Shown here: positions 27,579-28,087 of the stretch, piece by piece
How the letters are laid out: every line of letters starts with the position of its first letter
Numbering within the stretch: the first letter of the stretch is position 1
Source of the DNA: Methanocellales archaeon
GTDB taxonomy: Archaea; Halobacteriota; JAWCLZ01
Length of the DNA: 28,087 nucleotides
Assembly (NCBI GenBank): GCA_038850285.1
Contig: JAWCMA010000004.1
Coordinates: 6,489 to 34,575, forward strand
Direction: 5' to 3'
Notes under the pieces: generated by a model
Databases searched by the model: none
What the model was told of the DNA's origin: nothing
What the model saw: the letters and a program-made list of their open reading frames with translations, nothing else
Made by a program: the position numbers and the translations under genes

Positions 27579-28087
27579 GCAATTCTCACTCTCTTTCTAA
27601 CTGCAATTCTAACTCCAATATTCAATGACAACACTATTATTAAGAGTATAAATGCCCCTCCCCACGCTTGCGCTTGCCATTCCGGGAAGGGCGTAATTGC
27701 ATAGGTATAGATTTGCACAGGTATTGTTGCAACTGGTTGATCTATACCTTGCGCCCAAAATCGATTATTGAACGAGGTAAAAAGCAATGGGGCAGTCTCC
27801 CCCATTATTCTAGCAATTGCCAACAACATACCCGTTACTATACCACTTCTAGCTGTGCTTATCACTATAACAAGTGCTGTGACCCACTTTCTAATTCCCA
27901 GAGCAAACGCGCCTTCCCTCAGCGAATCAGGTACGAGTTTCATAGATTCTTCAGTAGTTCTTGCAATGATAGGTATCATTATAACGCTGAGCGCGACACC
28001 GCCCGCGAACGCTGAAAACTGCTTGAAATATAATACCACTAAGGTATAGCCAAATATACCAGCTACTATCGATGGCACGCCAGTTAA
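27575..28087 (-). CDS. pstA: Phosphate ABC transporter permease (C-terminal part; start outside the window)
   Basis: [12 protein letters not shown]-type loop [24 protein letters not shown]. Confidence 0.92.
   Translation of the reverse strand, partial: LTGVPSIVAGIFGYTLVVLYFKQFSAFAGGVALSVIMIPIIARTTEESMKLVPDSLREGAFALGIRKWVTALVIVISTARSGIVTGMLLAIARIMGETAPLLFTSFNNRFWAQGIDQPVATIPVQIYTYAITPFPEWQAQAWGGAFILLIIVLSLNIGVRIAVRKRVRIA

Noticed and set aside
1678-28049. Numerous short antisense or alternate-frame ORFs in the track (e.g. 7065..7466, 8383..8775, 20964..21428, 23887..24342)
   Set aside because: They lie within well-supported conserved genes and show no motifs of their own.
1-28087. Genome-wide TAG recoding (all-TAG pyrrolysine code)
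   Set aside because: TAG terminates many conserved genes at their expected ends (truA, rfcL after its PIP box, paaK copy 2, phoU, pstB).
1-28087. CRISPR array, rRNA, tRNA, transposase or integrase
   Set aside because: No repeat-spacer pattern, RNA-gene signatures or DDE/tyrosine-recombinase motifs were seen on manual reading.

Overview
Gene-dense archaeal chromosomal segment. CofD, methanogenesis marker 2, a marker-11-like protein, GMP synthase subunit A, uL16/L10e, RFC-L and a PGF-CTERM-like tail point to a Halobacteriota methanogen or alkane oxidiser (inference). Most of it is housekeeping: ATP-dependent DNA ligase (partial), hom plus its ACT regulator, truA, rfcL, an AHAS-like ThDP enzyme, guaAA, tandem PaaK-like ligases with an ACT protein, and rpl10e. 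A long minus-strand run carries pstA-pstB-phoU-Cys protein-USP-pit and then cofD-phosphoesterase-endoIV-hxlB-aminotransferase. An accessory-looking block at about 14.2-19.7 kb holds two paralogous small membrane proteins, a GT2 interrupted by an in-frame TAG, a flippase-like gene, a cupredoxin-like lipoprotein without copper ligands, a small protein plus a PD-(D/E)xK nuclease behind palindromic sites, and a ccdA pseudogene. Missed or truncated by the ORF track: the ligase, an MDP-1-like HAD gene with no canonical start codon, a small single-TM gene, and a GC-rich hairpin after marker 2. No tRNA, rRNA, CRISPR array or transposase was seen. Family calls come from motif recognition, not database searches.
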